Made by a program: the position numbers and the translations under genes
Shown: piece by piece, positions 44,758 to 64,000 of the stretch
How the letters are laid out: each line of letters begins with the position of its first letter
How positions within the stretch are numbered: the first letter of the stretch is position 1
NCBI GenBank assembly: GCA_963693365.1
Contig: CAVNZM010000011.1
Location: 4,038,639-4,102,638, forward strand
DNA: 64,000 nt
Source: Amoebidium appalachense
Taxonomy: Eukaryota; Protista; Ichthyosporea
Reading direction: 5' to 3'
The notes under the pieces: generated by a model
The model's database searches: none
Seen by the model: the letters and a program-made list of their open reading frames with translations, nothing else
Told to the model about the DNA's origin: nothing

Positions 44758-45503
44758 GAGGGGGGGGGGGGGGGGGGGGGAGAATGCAGGCTGTTACAGT
44801 CTAAACAGGCGAAATGTTGTTGCCATAGATTACAGTATCGAGCAGTATTCATATTTGTATTTGTGGAGATAAGCACAGAAACGAAACTTTTCAGGGCACA
44901 CACAAAATTAGATGCTCGTGTTTCTTTTTGTTGGGTTGTTTTGTCTTTGTGTGTCTGTTTGTTCGTCCTTTTGTATTGCTTCGTTGTTCGTCCAATGTGC
45001 TTTTAGAATTTGGGACTTTTGTTGTTGTTTGTTTGCATTGTTGCTTTCCTTATTTTTTTGTTGTTGTTCGTTGTCTTCGATGGGGGAGAGGAGGGAGGGA
45101 GGGAGGGGGGGAGGGGGGGGGGGGGGGGGGGGGCACATTGCATGGAAAGATAGTGCAGTGCATGGCCGACTTCAATGGGCAAGGCACTAACTGGGTGGCC
45201 CAAATTTCAGGTGCGGTGATGGTTGTTGCCAGCATCATTCTCGTGAATTTCAAGTCCGTGCCGCAAAAACCCACCCCCACCGATGCAACGCCGGCCCCAA
45301 CAGAAACATCCGCCCTTCTGGGAGGAGAGGGGGGCCCATCACAGCCTCAAATTGCACGAATTGCAGACTTAAGAGGGGAGGGAGAGGATGGCCCGTCGTC
45401 ATCGTTGGAAAATCGTGTACAGCGGGGTTCTGGAAGGAGGTCATTGAGGAAATTTGAGAGTGATAGGGTGGTGACTGAAAATTACAGCTACGATGCAGTA
45501 TAG
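38226..45503 (+). CDS. EamA/DMT-family membrane transporter, 8 exons
   Basis: Exons: 38226-38330 ([13 protein letters not shown]), 39820-39957, 40774-40920 ([16 protein letters not shown]...[11 protein letters not shown]), 41284-41470 ([18 protein letters not shown]), 42181-42302, 43035-43167 ([21 protein letters not shown]), 43917-44036 (PVVGMILG), 45211-45503. Motifs are typical of two EamA repeats, and the intron phases are consistent. Confidence 0.88.
40577..40728. repeat. ~22-bp minisatellite (CACATGCACGTGGATACACACA)n
   Basis: About 7 tandem units in EamA-gene intron 2. Confidence 0.9.
43183..43267 (+). mobile_element. 5'-truncated subfamily B copy
   Basis: Matches the last 85 nt of subfamily B. 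Preceded by CCCCC and followed by poly-C. Starts 15 nt downstream of an EamA-gene donor site. Confidence 0.85.
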
Positions 45504-46142
45504 ACCCCACCCCTGAAAAGAGCAAATATCGAAGGTCTTTTACAAATTGGGATTTTTTGGGTACAGGGGGAGATTCAATAGGAACCGATAGCTTATTTGT
45601 TTTTTTTTGTTTTTTTTGTGGAGTTAGGGTTGCACGTAGGGTGGATTTGGATTTATCATGAAGAGACTTCAGTCCGTCGTTTACTTTGGGGTTTGTGTTT
45701 CGGATTTTTTCTGGTTGCTTTGCCCCATGGCTATTGTGCGTACATGTTGTTTGTGATATTTTTTAGTCTTGTACTGGTGGTGAGGAAGGGAAGGTCAAGA
45801 GGGGGGCGTGGGGAGGGGGGAGGGAGTAGTAGGGCTTGGGTTTCTGGATTTTATCTCTCCTTTCATCTTTTGCGCTCATTATTCTACTCCCCACCATGTG
45901 CACAAGGAATTCTTTAACCAAAGTTTCTCTAGCGGTCTGCCATAGCTATTTCTCTTGTGCCTGGGCACATTAGTGCCTCGCGGCAGCAAAAATCGCTAAG
46001 TTCTGGCCGTAAAGTTTGAAAGGATGAGGTGATATCGGCTGGGCCGATCTTGTACAGAGTATTACCTTTGCGCTATCCCGGGTATACCTGGGAGTGATAT
46101 CGATGCAAATACAGCCTGCTTAAAGTTCTCTATTATGTGTCG

Positions 46143-46182
46143 TTGCACTTTATTGGCTACTTCCCCCGCCAATAAAGTGCAA
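46143..46182. other. Perfect 15-bp hairpin containing AATAAA on both strands
   Basis: TTGCACTTTATTGGC, a 10-nt loop, then GCCAATAAAGTGCAA. Confidence 0.8.
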
Positions 46183-46256
46183 TGATTCATGACAGTGTAT
46201 GAATACGATTAGGTGGGCTTGGAGATGGCTAGCTTTCTGTGCCCCATTCATGTAAA

Positions 46257-46371
46257 ATCAAGAACGTCGACACAATGATTGCGGGGCAAAGCTGTGTGTG
46301 TGTGTGTGTGGTGTGTGTGTGTGTGTGTGTGCATCAAGAACGTCGACATAATGATTGCGGGGCAAAGACAG

Positions 46372-46419
<48 letters not shown>

Positions 46420-46456
46420 CAAGAACGTCGACATAATGATTGCGGGGCAAAGACAG

Positions 46457-46516
<60 letters not shown>

Positions 46517-46635
46517 CAAGAACGTCGACATAATGATTGCGGGGCAAAGAAAGCTGTGTGTGTGTGTGTGTGTGGTGTGTGTGTGTGTGTGTGTGTATCA
46601 AGAACGTCGACATAATGATTGCGGGGCAAAGAAAG

Positions 46636-46693
<58 letters not shown>

Positions 46694-46730
46694 CAAGAAC
46701 GTCGACATAATGATTGCGGGGCAGAGACAG

Positions 46731-46778
<48 letters not shown>

Positions 46779-46853
46779 ATCATGATGTCGAGATAATGAT
46801 TGCGGGGCAAAGACAGCTGTGTGTGTGTGCAAGTGTGTGGTGTGTGTGTGTGT

Positions 46854-46897
<44 letters not shown>

Positions 46898-46946
46898 CAA
46901 GAACGTCGACATAATGATTGCGGGGCAAAGACAGCTGTGTGTATGC

Positions 46947-47001
<55 letters not shown>

Positions 47002-47039
47002 CAAGAACGTCGACATAATGATTGCGGGGCAAAGCTGTG

Positions 47040-47099
<60 letters not shown>

Positions 47100-47136
47100 C
47101 AAGAACGTCGACATAATGATTGCGGGGCAAAGACAG

Positions 47137-47216
<80 letters not shown>

Positions 47217-47231
47217 CAAGTGTGTGTGTGT

Positions 47232-47268
<37 letters not shown>

Positions 47269-47311
47269 CAAGAACGAGAACGTCATCATAATGATTGCGG
47301 GGCAAAGACAG

Positions 47312-47381
<70 letters not shown>

Positions 47382-47424
47382 CAAGAACGAGAACGTCGAC
47401 ATAATGATTGCGGGGCAAATACAG

Positions 47425-47513
<89 letters not shown>

Positions 47514-47562
47514 CAAGAACGTCGACATAATGATTGCGGGGCAAAGCTGTGTGTGTGTGTGT

Positions 47563-47615
<53 letters not shown>
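46257..47615. repeat. Array of a 37-47-bp constant unit separated by variable (GT)n tracts
   Basis: 13 copies of ATCAAGAACGTCGACATAATGATTGCGGGGCAAAG(ACA)GCT plus a 6-nt remnant at 47215. Confidence 0.95.
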
Positions 47616-47619
<4 letters not shown>

Positions 47620-47929
47620 GTGCGCGTGTACATGTGCGTGCGCGTGCTCGTGCATACCCCCCCGTTACCCTCCCCCCCCCCCCTCCCGCCCACCACCACC
47701 ACCACCAACAACATGTACCACAATGACCGCTACCACCACCTACTCAACAACTCTGTGACATGTACAACAACAACAATGAGAGGCGCCATCGTATTTGTTC
47801 CAAAGCCTATGCTTCACTGCGGTTTCCAGCTAACGCGGTCTTTCCCTTGCAAGTGAGAGGCGCGTCGGCACTCAGTGTAGGATCACTTGTAGGCACGTAC
47901 ACCGGTACCCGAAGTTTGTATCAAATGAT

Positions 47930-48026
47930 ACACCCGAGGTTTATATATATATGTACACCCGAGGTTTGTATGTAAGAACACCCGAGGTTTCTACACCCGA
48001 GGTTTGCCTCCTTCACACCCGAGGTT
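47930..48026 (+). promoter_or_regulatory. Cluster of five ACACCCGAGGTT(T) motifs upstream of the ATG at 48118
   Basis: Copies at 47930, 47955, 47978, 47993 and 48015 with unrelated short spacers. The regulatory role is inferred only from position. Confidence 0.4.
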
Positions 48027-48117
48027 GCCCAGGAACACAAATCCGTTATTTGGTGAATTCAGCTTCAGTGTACTTTCCAACAGCTCTGAAAAGAACTCAA
48101 CAAAAACACAGAAGAAG

Positions 48118-56177
<8,060 letters not shown>

Positions 56178-57909
56178 GTTGTAATAGTAAAATTAAGAGT
56201 TGTAATAAAGTGGTTTTGGAAAGCACGACTGGTTTAACAAATTAGAAGGCCCGTGTATGGGGGGTCACGATTGTCTGGGTGTTTTGAGAGCCGCAATATG
56301 AATATATGGGTTGTGGGGATATATATTGTCTGTACATATGGTGCATGTTTTCCCACAACCAATAATGTGTGAGATATAATTAAATAGTTTTAAAGTTAGT
56401 CCAACATTTCACCTTAGGTTTCAAATGAGCTTAGTTGAGCATGCCCGTGTTTAAAAATTATGCATACGAAATGCAAATTTTATTTTGTGTGAATGATACC
56501 AAGCATTGAATAAATACCATGGTTAAGCAACGTGTTGACAGTGCGTACACCGAGATTATGCAATTGGATTGCTGTGTTGCAACTTATGATCCACGGTCGA
56601 TTTTTCGATCGTGAATTCCTCAATCACTGCTTCTCACACGCGCAAGCTCGTACAAGTATCATACATATAGCTACGTACATTTCAAGGGTTTATCGGATAT
56701 CGATATCGAGAGAACTCTGCAGTGTTCTGCATAAACAACCATGATCATCATACGTCCACGCGCCTGCACCCAGCCCCACATACATGCATACATGGCCCCG
56801 CCCGTGCACCTAATGCATGCGATGTGTTTATTCTTCACACCAATAAGATTCCCACTTTTCCAAACACACATGCAATCTTGTGTGCACGCCTTGCGTGACG
56901 TGACAGTCTGGGTGCATGCATGCCGCAATAGCCGCGGCTAAGCTATCATAATGGATAGATGGTGTAAATGTGTGTCCTTACCTGAAGTATATGAGGCAAT
57001 ATACACACCAGCTTATACCGAAACCAAAAAAAGGCAACCACTTTGCTCAGTAGGCGTGAACATGCTAAACATGTGTGTACATATTATCCTTTCGATTCTT
57101 TATTAGCATGAATGGCGCATTCGTTTTAATGGCCGGCCAGCAGCCTATCATGAGCTCCCACTAAAAATGGAAAATGGGGGCACACTACTATATTTATCGC
57201 TTCTGGTTTAAACAACACCAGTCAAAAACGTGACTATGAATAAAACATTCACACGCTTATAAATGCGCTAAGAAAAAAAAAAGAAACTTGATGAGAGGGA
57301 AATTTCGGAGTCCTATGTATCAACCGTGCCGTCAAACCACTGACAACGTCCCCCCCCCCCCCCCCCCCCCCCCCTGGGGCCCTTCATTGCCCGCACACAC
57401 CGCTGGAAGCATTAAAAAACTAAACCAGTTTCAGCAAAAAACAGATGCCGGTTTCCAATACTGACAAAACAAAACACAGTTACTGCGACCTTCTCAAGAA
57501 CTCGATCAACATGTAAAAGCAAGTTTATATATTTTCATGCGCTAGCGCATATCTATTAACAGTGTATCTAAACAAACGGGTCATCTATCCCATCACGTCA
57601 GGTTCATGACATGCCATACAAAGAAAGACTTGACACTCAATCGCGAAAAACGAGCATACAGGGGAAATAGGGAACAACAACACAGCAACCAAAAAGGGGA
57701 AAAACAAAAAACAAAGAAAGCAAAAAAAATGGGGGGGAAATACTGTAACAGGCCAAATCTGCCCACACCCACCGGCATTCCCAAGCAGAACACCAACCGC
57801 TCGTGTTTCCAATCATAGCACAAAGTGCACCCCGTGCACGCATACGCAAAAGCACGTGCACATCCCAGCTCATTGTGCATTCCTATTGGCTGATTCCACC
57901 AACCACCAA

Positions 57910-58045
57910 TCAGCAGCATCCCCCTGCCTTTTGCTGACCTGCGTCCTGCAAGTCGTGTTTCCATTGGTCAGAAAAATGCTTCTTCGCCACAAGCCACGTA
58001 ACCGAACCCCCCCCCCCCCACCTCAGGGGCCAAAACACGCCACAT

Positions 58046-58104
<59 letters not shown>

Positions 58105-58409
58105 CACACGCACGCACGCACACACGCACACACGTGTATAGATCCCTGCCGTCTCTTTCTCCCTGCACATCGATCACAAGATTACCCAAGGAGGGGGGGG
58201 GGGGGGGGGAGGGGGGGGAGGGGGGGGAGGGGCCCTATCTCCCGCATCCCCTTACACATAAACATGGCACCACCACCACCATCCCCCAACCAATAACATA
58301 TGCGCACGCGCAAAAACAAACACAACATTGCATGCTCACACCCTTCACATGCGAAAGCCCATGAAAATAGGTGTGGCTACCCCCCCCCCCCCCCCCCCCA
58401 CACACACAC

Positions 58410-58443
<34 letters not shown>

Positions 58444-58490
58444 CGAAAGGTGGTGATGGTGCTGCTGCTAATGGTGGTGGTGGCGCGGGG

Positions 58491-58558
<68 letters not shown>

Positions 58559-58925
58559 AAAGTACCGTATCGTCCTCGGTCAGAACCAGTCTGTCGCTGT
58601 AGTTGGTGCGTAGCTGCTGGGAGGGTCGGGCACCGGCAGCCTTGATCATCCCTGCACGTGCACACGTGTGGGTGGGGGTGAAAGGGAGGGGGGGGAAGGG
58701 GGAGGGGGGGGGGGGGGGTCGTGGGTGGTTTATACACGTGCATACATATGTGCGTATTTGGGTGGGTGGGGGGGGGGGGAAGGGGGGGGGGGGGGGGGGG
58801 GGGGGGGCACGTGGATGGCATGGATGCATGTGTGTGCACAGGTGGACACGTGGTGTAGATGTGAGCGTGCGAAGGTTTACAAGCATACAAGCACGCAGAG
58901 TGTACGAACACACACACACACATCA

Positions 58926-58956
<31 letters not shown>

Positions 58957-59158
58957 AAACAACGACAACACACAGGGAAAAAACCACCACCACCACCACC
59001 ACACACACCCACACCCACCCACACACATACAAAAAAAAATCTTGGAACCTTCTATGTGCATGGACACCTACCCTGGGTAAGGCCAATAAACATCTCCTCA
59101 ATGCCGACATTCAGTTTTGCTGATGTCTCTACGTGCTGTGCACCCACAGACTGTGCAT

Positions 59159-59223
<65 letters not shown>

Positions 59224-59854
59224 TGTATGTGCGTGTGTACCGGGGGGGGGGGGGAAGGGGGGGGGGGGAGGAGGATGCATATGGGTGGGTGGGTGTTTCT
59301 GCACGCCGTGTGTGTTTTTGTGTGTGTGTGGGGGGGGGGGGGGGTTTGAATGCGTTAAAAAGTACGAAGTACACAAGAACAAACGGATAACACGATGCAG
59401 AATGCAAGCCATACATAAAGAGTATGCATAATAAGCAGAGCCCATCCTCAGGGGGGGCCCACGTCATCCACAGTACCCGAGTTTCGACCTATTCCCCTCG
59501 TTAACGAAACCCAACTCAGATACTGTTTCACTTGAACATGAGTAGGTCACCCGTCTTGATCAGAGACGAGCAGGGTTGCTTATGCAGGCAAGGGCAGTGG
59601 GAAAGGCCGGGGGTTAAAGTTGCAGCAGTAAGCAGAAGCAAGAAAAATATAGATAGGAACTCAGGAGACGGGGCTTCTAGGAAGCTCCCCCGTCGATACC
59701 TAAGTCGATACTTCCCTGGCTAACATACTACACCAGCTGAAAAGAATTAAGTCCCGAAGGCCGCAGAATTCGTAATCAGAGGGGAAAATATGAGATTTGA
59801 CCGGGGGGGGGGGGGGGGGGGAGGGGGGGATGGTTGGGTGGGTGTTTCTGCCTG

Positions 59855-59931
<77 letters not shown>

Positions 59932-59949
59932 TGTGTTGGTGTGCTTGTA

Positions 59950-59983
<34 letters not shown>

Positions 59984-60825
59984 TGTGTGTGTGTTTGGGG
60001 GGAGGGGGGGGGGGGGGATTAGATGCATCAGTTTGTGTGTGTGTGCGGCACGTGCGCCTGGGTTAGGGGAGGATAAAAAGCAGCGATAATAAGCGGGGGG
60101 GGGGGGGGGGGGGTTACACGGTGCGAAGTGCTGATACAACATAGCAGCAAACAAATGGTCAAAACAGAGAGTCTTTTAGAACAAGCAAACAATCACAGGG
60201 GATTGCAGGCACATGCACATTCACGTGCCCCACTGACAAGCACATGGGGACATACAATAGAACTACTGTATGTTCGTTCTGTGGGCAAAACACAAGTGTG
60301 CCAGTGTAGGCAAGGGGTGTGTATGCTTCGATACGTGCGCCTGTACTGAGTGACTGAGTAGTTGGTTCGTGACGGACTGTTTGTTCTTGTGCAAACGCCT
60401 GTGTGTATGTCCGTGCAATTAGGCATGTGCAAGGGGGGGGAATGCACGCATGCATGCATGTGTGTGCATACGTGTACATTTTTGTACGTCTATACGTGTG
60501 AATATACCGGCGCATGTGCACATAACTTTGAGTGCATGTATGCGTATGTACGTGTGTGCATCTGCACGCGTGCCATTGCATGCGAATGCACACGTGCTTG
60601 TGCGCATAACACAAACGCATTTATGTATGTGTGGGCATGCGCACATATGTGCACGCTAATGTTCAAGTGTTTGTATCCATGCATGTGTGACCGTGGTTGC
60701 GTGCAGGCATTCGGAAGTGTACGGTTTGTATGCATGCATGCCAATGTGCGGGTGTATGGTGTGCATGTGTTCCTGCGAACGCATGCAGATGCACACATGT
60801 CTTCATGCATGCACACATATGCACG

Positions 60826-60868
<43 letters not shown>

Positions 60869-60875
60869 CACATAC

Positions 60876-60909
<34 letters not shown>

Positions 60910-61128
60910 ACACACACACGGTCAACCCCCCCCCTCCCCACACACACACGTCTCCCCCCTCCTCCCCTCCCCCTCCCTCGCCCCCACCCCAAACCACATA
61001 CGTGCACACATACACCCACCTCTCCGCCTCTGCCCTATTCACCATCCTCTCCCTCTCCAATTCCACCTTGTTTCCAAATATCACCAGACATGCACTCACG
61101 TGTTTGCCCACGTGTACACACCTGCTTG

Positions 61129-61217
<89 letters not shown>

Positions 61218-62049
61218 ACACCCACCTCTCCGCCTCTGCCCTATTCACACTCCTCTCCCTCTCCAAATCCACCTTGTTGCCCACTATCACCAGGCACACA
61301 GTCATGCCTAGCATCTTCTGTAGCTCCCTCACCCATGTCTGAACACGTGTAAACGAATCCTGGAAAAACAGGAGGGAAAAAAAAAGGGGGGGGGGGGGGG
61401 GGGGGGTTGAAGGGGTTAGGGTAATGGTGCACAGTAATGGGATATGAATTGACAAAGAGAAAAGTAAATATGCCGGAAAAAAACATCACCTGCACCCCCA
61501 CAACCCTCCCCAAACCGCGCTCCCCCCGCACCTTCACACACGCATGCACGCGCGGAAGTTTGCACATATGAACGCACGCAAAGCACATGCACACAAAGAC
61601 ACGCACACGCACATGCACACACCTAACCCACCTTCTACCCTCCTCCCCTCCCTGCACAACGCAACACACTCACCCACGCGCGCGCGCGAGGGCTCGAGAG
61701 CACAATTCTCTTTTTTTCTTCTTCTTTTTTTTTTGGGGGGGGGGGGGAGGGGCGAGGGGGGGGTTTACGGCTCACAATGGAGATCACAAACACAATACAC
61801 CACACGTCGATAGTGCACAAGGATGATACGTCACACCACACACAGCCCCGGAAAAAAGAGGGCATATGTGTGTGCGTGGGGTGGGGGCGGGGGAGGGGGT
61901 GGGAGGGGGGGGGGGAGAGGGGGACGACAAAGGTTAAGACAGAGAAGGGACAGGGGGGGGGGGGGGTGTCGGAAAGAAAAAGAGCAAGAGAGGGAGCGCG
62001 GGAAGGATGAGTAGGGAGGGGCCGGGGAAGAAGGGGGTGGTGCGAAAGG

Positions 62050-62083
<34 letters not shown>

Positions 62084-62462
62084 GGGGGAGGTGGGGAAGT
62101 GACAGACTGGGAGAGATAGAGCCGAGCCGGGGGGGGAGGGGGCGGGGGGGGGGGGGGGGGGTGAGGGGAGGGGGAGGGGCTAGCACCAACCTGGTCAGTG
62201 ATATCATAAACCAAAATAGCACCGTTGCTCTCCCGATAATGAGATGGGGCCCAGGGCGTGAAATCTTTCCTGCCCTGCCGTGTCCCAGATGTTGAGTGTT
62301 ATCCTCTTGCGATCAATGGTGATCTTCTTGGTGAGAAACGACGCCTGCAGGGGGAAGGGGGGGAGGGGGGGGGGGGGGGGGATGGATGATGGTTAATAAT
62401 TGCATCTGAGGATGGGGAAGAAGGGGCGGGGTGGGATGGGGGACGAGGGTGGGGCTGGGCGG

Positions 62463-62493
<31 letters not shown>

Positions 62494-63115
62494 GGGGGGG
62501 GGGGGGGGTGGGGGGGGGCATGCATGTGAGGACGGGAAAGCAGGGGGGGAGGGGGAGGGGGGGGGGGGGGGGGGGGGGGGGGGACTGGCAAATAAATCCC
62601 CCCAAAAACGGCAAAAAAACAGAAAGAAAACCAAAGACACACATACAAGAGCCGGTAAGCACCATGACACTGTCTATGATCAGTGTCCCTTACCTTTGCA
62701 CCTCTATCCCCCCCCTGTACCCTTTTTTTTCTTGGGGGAAGGGGGAGGAAGGAGGGGGGGAGAAGGGGGAGGGGAGGCTTGTGTGTGTGTGTGTGTGCGC
62801 GCGTGTGCGCTCGCGTGCGTGTGTGCATGTGCGTGCATGCGTGCCTGTCTGCGCGTGCGCGTGCGGGTGTGCGTATATGTGTGTGTGTGTGCGCGCGCCT
62901 GTGCGTGTGTGTGTGTGTGTGCGTGCGTGCGTGTGTGTGCGTGTGTATGTGTGTGTGTGTGTGTGTTGGAAAAGGTTGGGGGGGGGGGGGGGGGGGGGGC
63001 TAATCCATAGGGAGACGAGGAGGAGGTTGGGAAGGGGAGGGGGAGTGTGTGTGTGTGTGCGCGCGCATGTGCGTGTGCGTGTGTGTCTGCGTGTGTGTGT
63101 GTGTGTGTTTGTGTG

Positions 63116-63167
<52 letters not shown>

Positions 63168-63406
63168 CGTGTGTGTGTGTGTCTGTATATTTTGCGCTCA
63201 CACCTTCGAAAGTGATCATGTATGCACGTGTGGGTACAAGGCACGCTGCAAACAACCCAGAAGCATCAACCCAACCCGCCACGCACCTGCACTGTCGTTA
63301 TGTGTTTGTCGTTGAAAGTGTTTTGGCAGTAGCGCAGCACTATGCTGGTCTTGCCCACACACCCTTCCCCCAGAAGCACTATCTTAAACTGGTGCGAGTC
63401 AGCCAT
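57910..63406 (-). CDS. RAB21: Rab21 small GTPase, 6 exons, with a one-base frameshift in exon 2 as assembled
   Basis: Exons: 63406-63287 ([15 protein letters not shown]...[10 protein letters not shown]), 62344-62191 (ASFLTKK...[15 protein letters not shown]), 61359-61226 (VGNKVDLE), 59160-59072 (ETSAK), 58651-58566, 57945-57910 (KAGGCC*, di-Cys prenylation motif). The N-terminal signature is characteristic of Rab21. Confidence 0.93.
59345..59802 (-). mobile_element. Subfamily B longest copy, sense with Rab21, in intron 3
   Basis: Reverse complement of 12144-12551 plus ~50 extra 5' nt. Poly-G on both sides. The flank GGGTGGGTGTTTCTGC..GCCGTGTGTG is duplicated near 59287 and 59836. Confidence 0.88.
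61020..61121 (-). other. Diverged duplicate of the 3' part of Rab21 exon 3 (possible cassette exon)
   Basis: Encodes [23 protein letters not shown], versus [23 protein letters not shown] in the true exon. It has the same GTGGGT donor and a CAG acceptor, and is 102 nt long. Confidence 0.7.
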
Positions 63407-64000
63407 GTTGTGTGATGCACCCGTGCAGCAACCTGAACTGCACAAATGGAAGAAAGCAAAACTGAAACCGGAAGTCCAAAACAAGGCACCAACTTGGGAG
63501 CGGTTTTAATGTGGTGTGAAAGGCTTGCACCAAAGATTTTAAACGGGCGCAATTTTAATCCCGCCTTTCAGAAGACGAAGCACCAACCGACAGTCAATCG
63601 TTCAACTTGAGCTAGATTACATGTATACTGTTTTTCCTAGACACGTACTATGAAATATTTATATAGCCGGGAAAGACACTGTACTGAAAGAAAACTATTT
63701 ACAACTCTGAATATGACAAATTCCTTCGAATTCAATCCTTGAAATTCACTGCTTCGAATCATTGTAAATTTCCCTGCACAGGCACAAAAAAAAAACGAAA
63801 ACCCTCCGTTTTGTGCGAACAGGGGGGAGTACACAATAGTATGTGTACGTCACTGATGTAACTGATCTATAGACTTTTAAAGTCTTTCTTCGTTTACAAA
63901 TTATAACTCATAGCTGCAGAGTGCTTTTAACGTTTTAAACAGTGAGATGTCACTATGACTGTTGCCGTAAAGGCGCACAATGGGATTGGCGCGTTCAGCA

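Noticed and set aside
46257-47615. CRISPR array
   Set aside because: The spacers are (GT)n microsatellites rather than unique sequences, the context is eukaryotic, and there are no cas genes.
61404-61424. GGGGTTAGGG telomere-like motif
   Set aside because: A single unit in G-rich intron sequence, expected by chance.

Overview
Intron-rich eukaryotic genomic DNA, probably from a unicellular holozoan or similar lineage (inferred only from gene content and architecture). It is saturated with poly-C/poly-G runs and (CA)n/(GT)n microsatellites, so almost every entry in the supplied ORF track is a repeat artefact. Assembling exons by hand gives five spliced genes: a SCYL3/PACE-1-like pseudokinase (+, 603-19770), MELK (+, 23786-33839), an EamA/DMT transporter (+, 38226-45503), an unidentified gene (+, 48118-56177) and Rab21 (-, 57910-63406). 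The main discovery is a set of related intronic retroposed elements: 9 copies in about 4 subfamilies. They share a fixed 3' end (CATTC[A/T]AA-CCC), have variable 5' truncations, and sit in C-runs. One copy has a clear 15-bp target-site duplication, and three copies are stacked head-to-tail. The long copies carry a conserved, covarying RNA fold containing all hammerhead core nucleotides in a non-canonical, pseudoknotted arrangement bent by a kink-turn. Other notable items are a repeat-spacer array with (GT)n spacers, a 50-bp-arm intronic hairpin, duplicated splice sites and a duplicated exon segment. All calls come from manual reading; no searches or folding programs were run.
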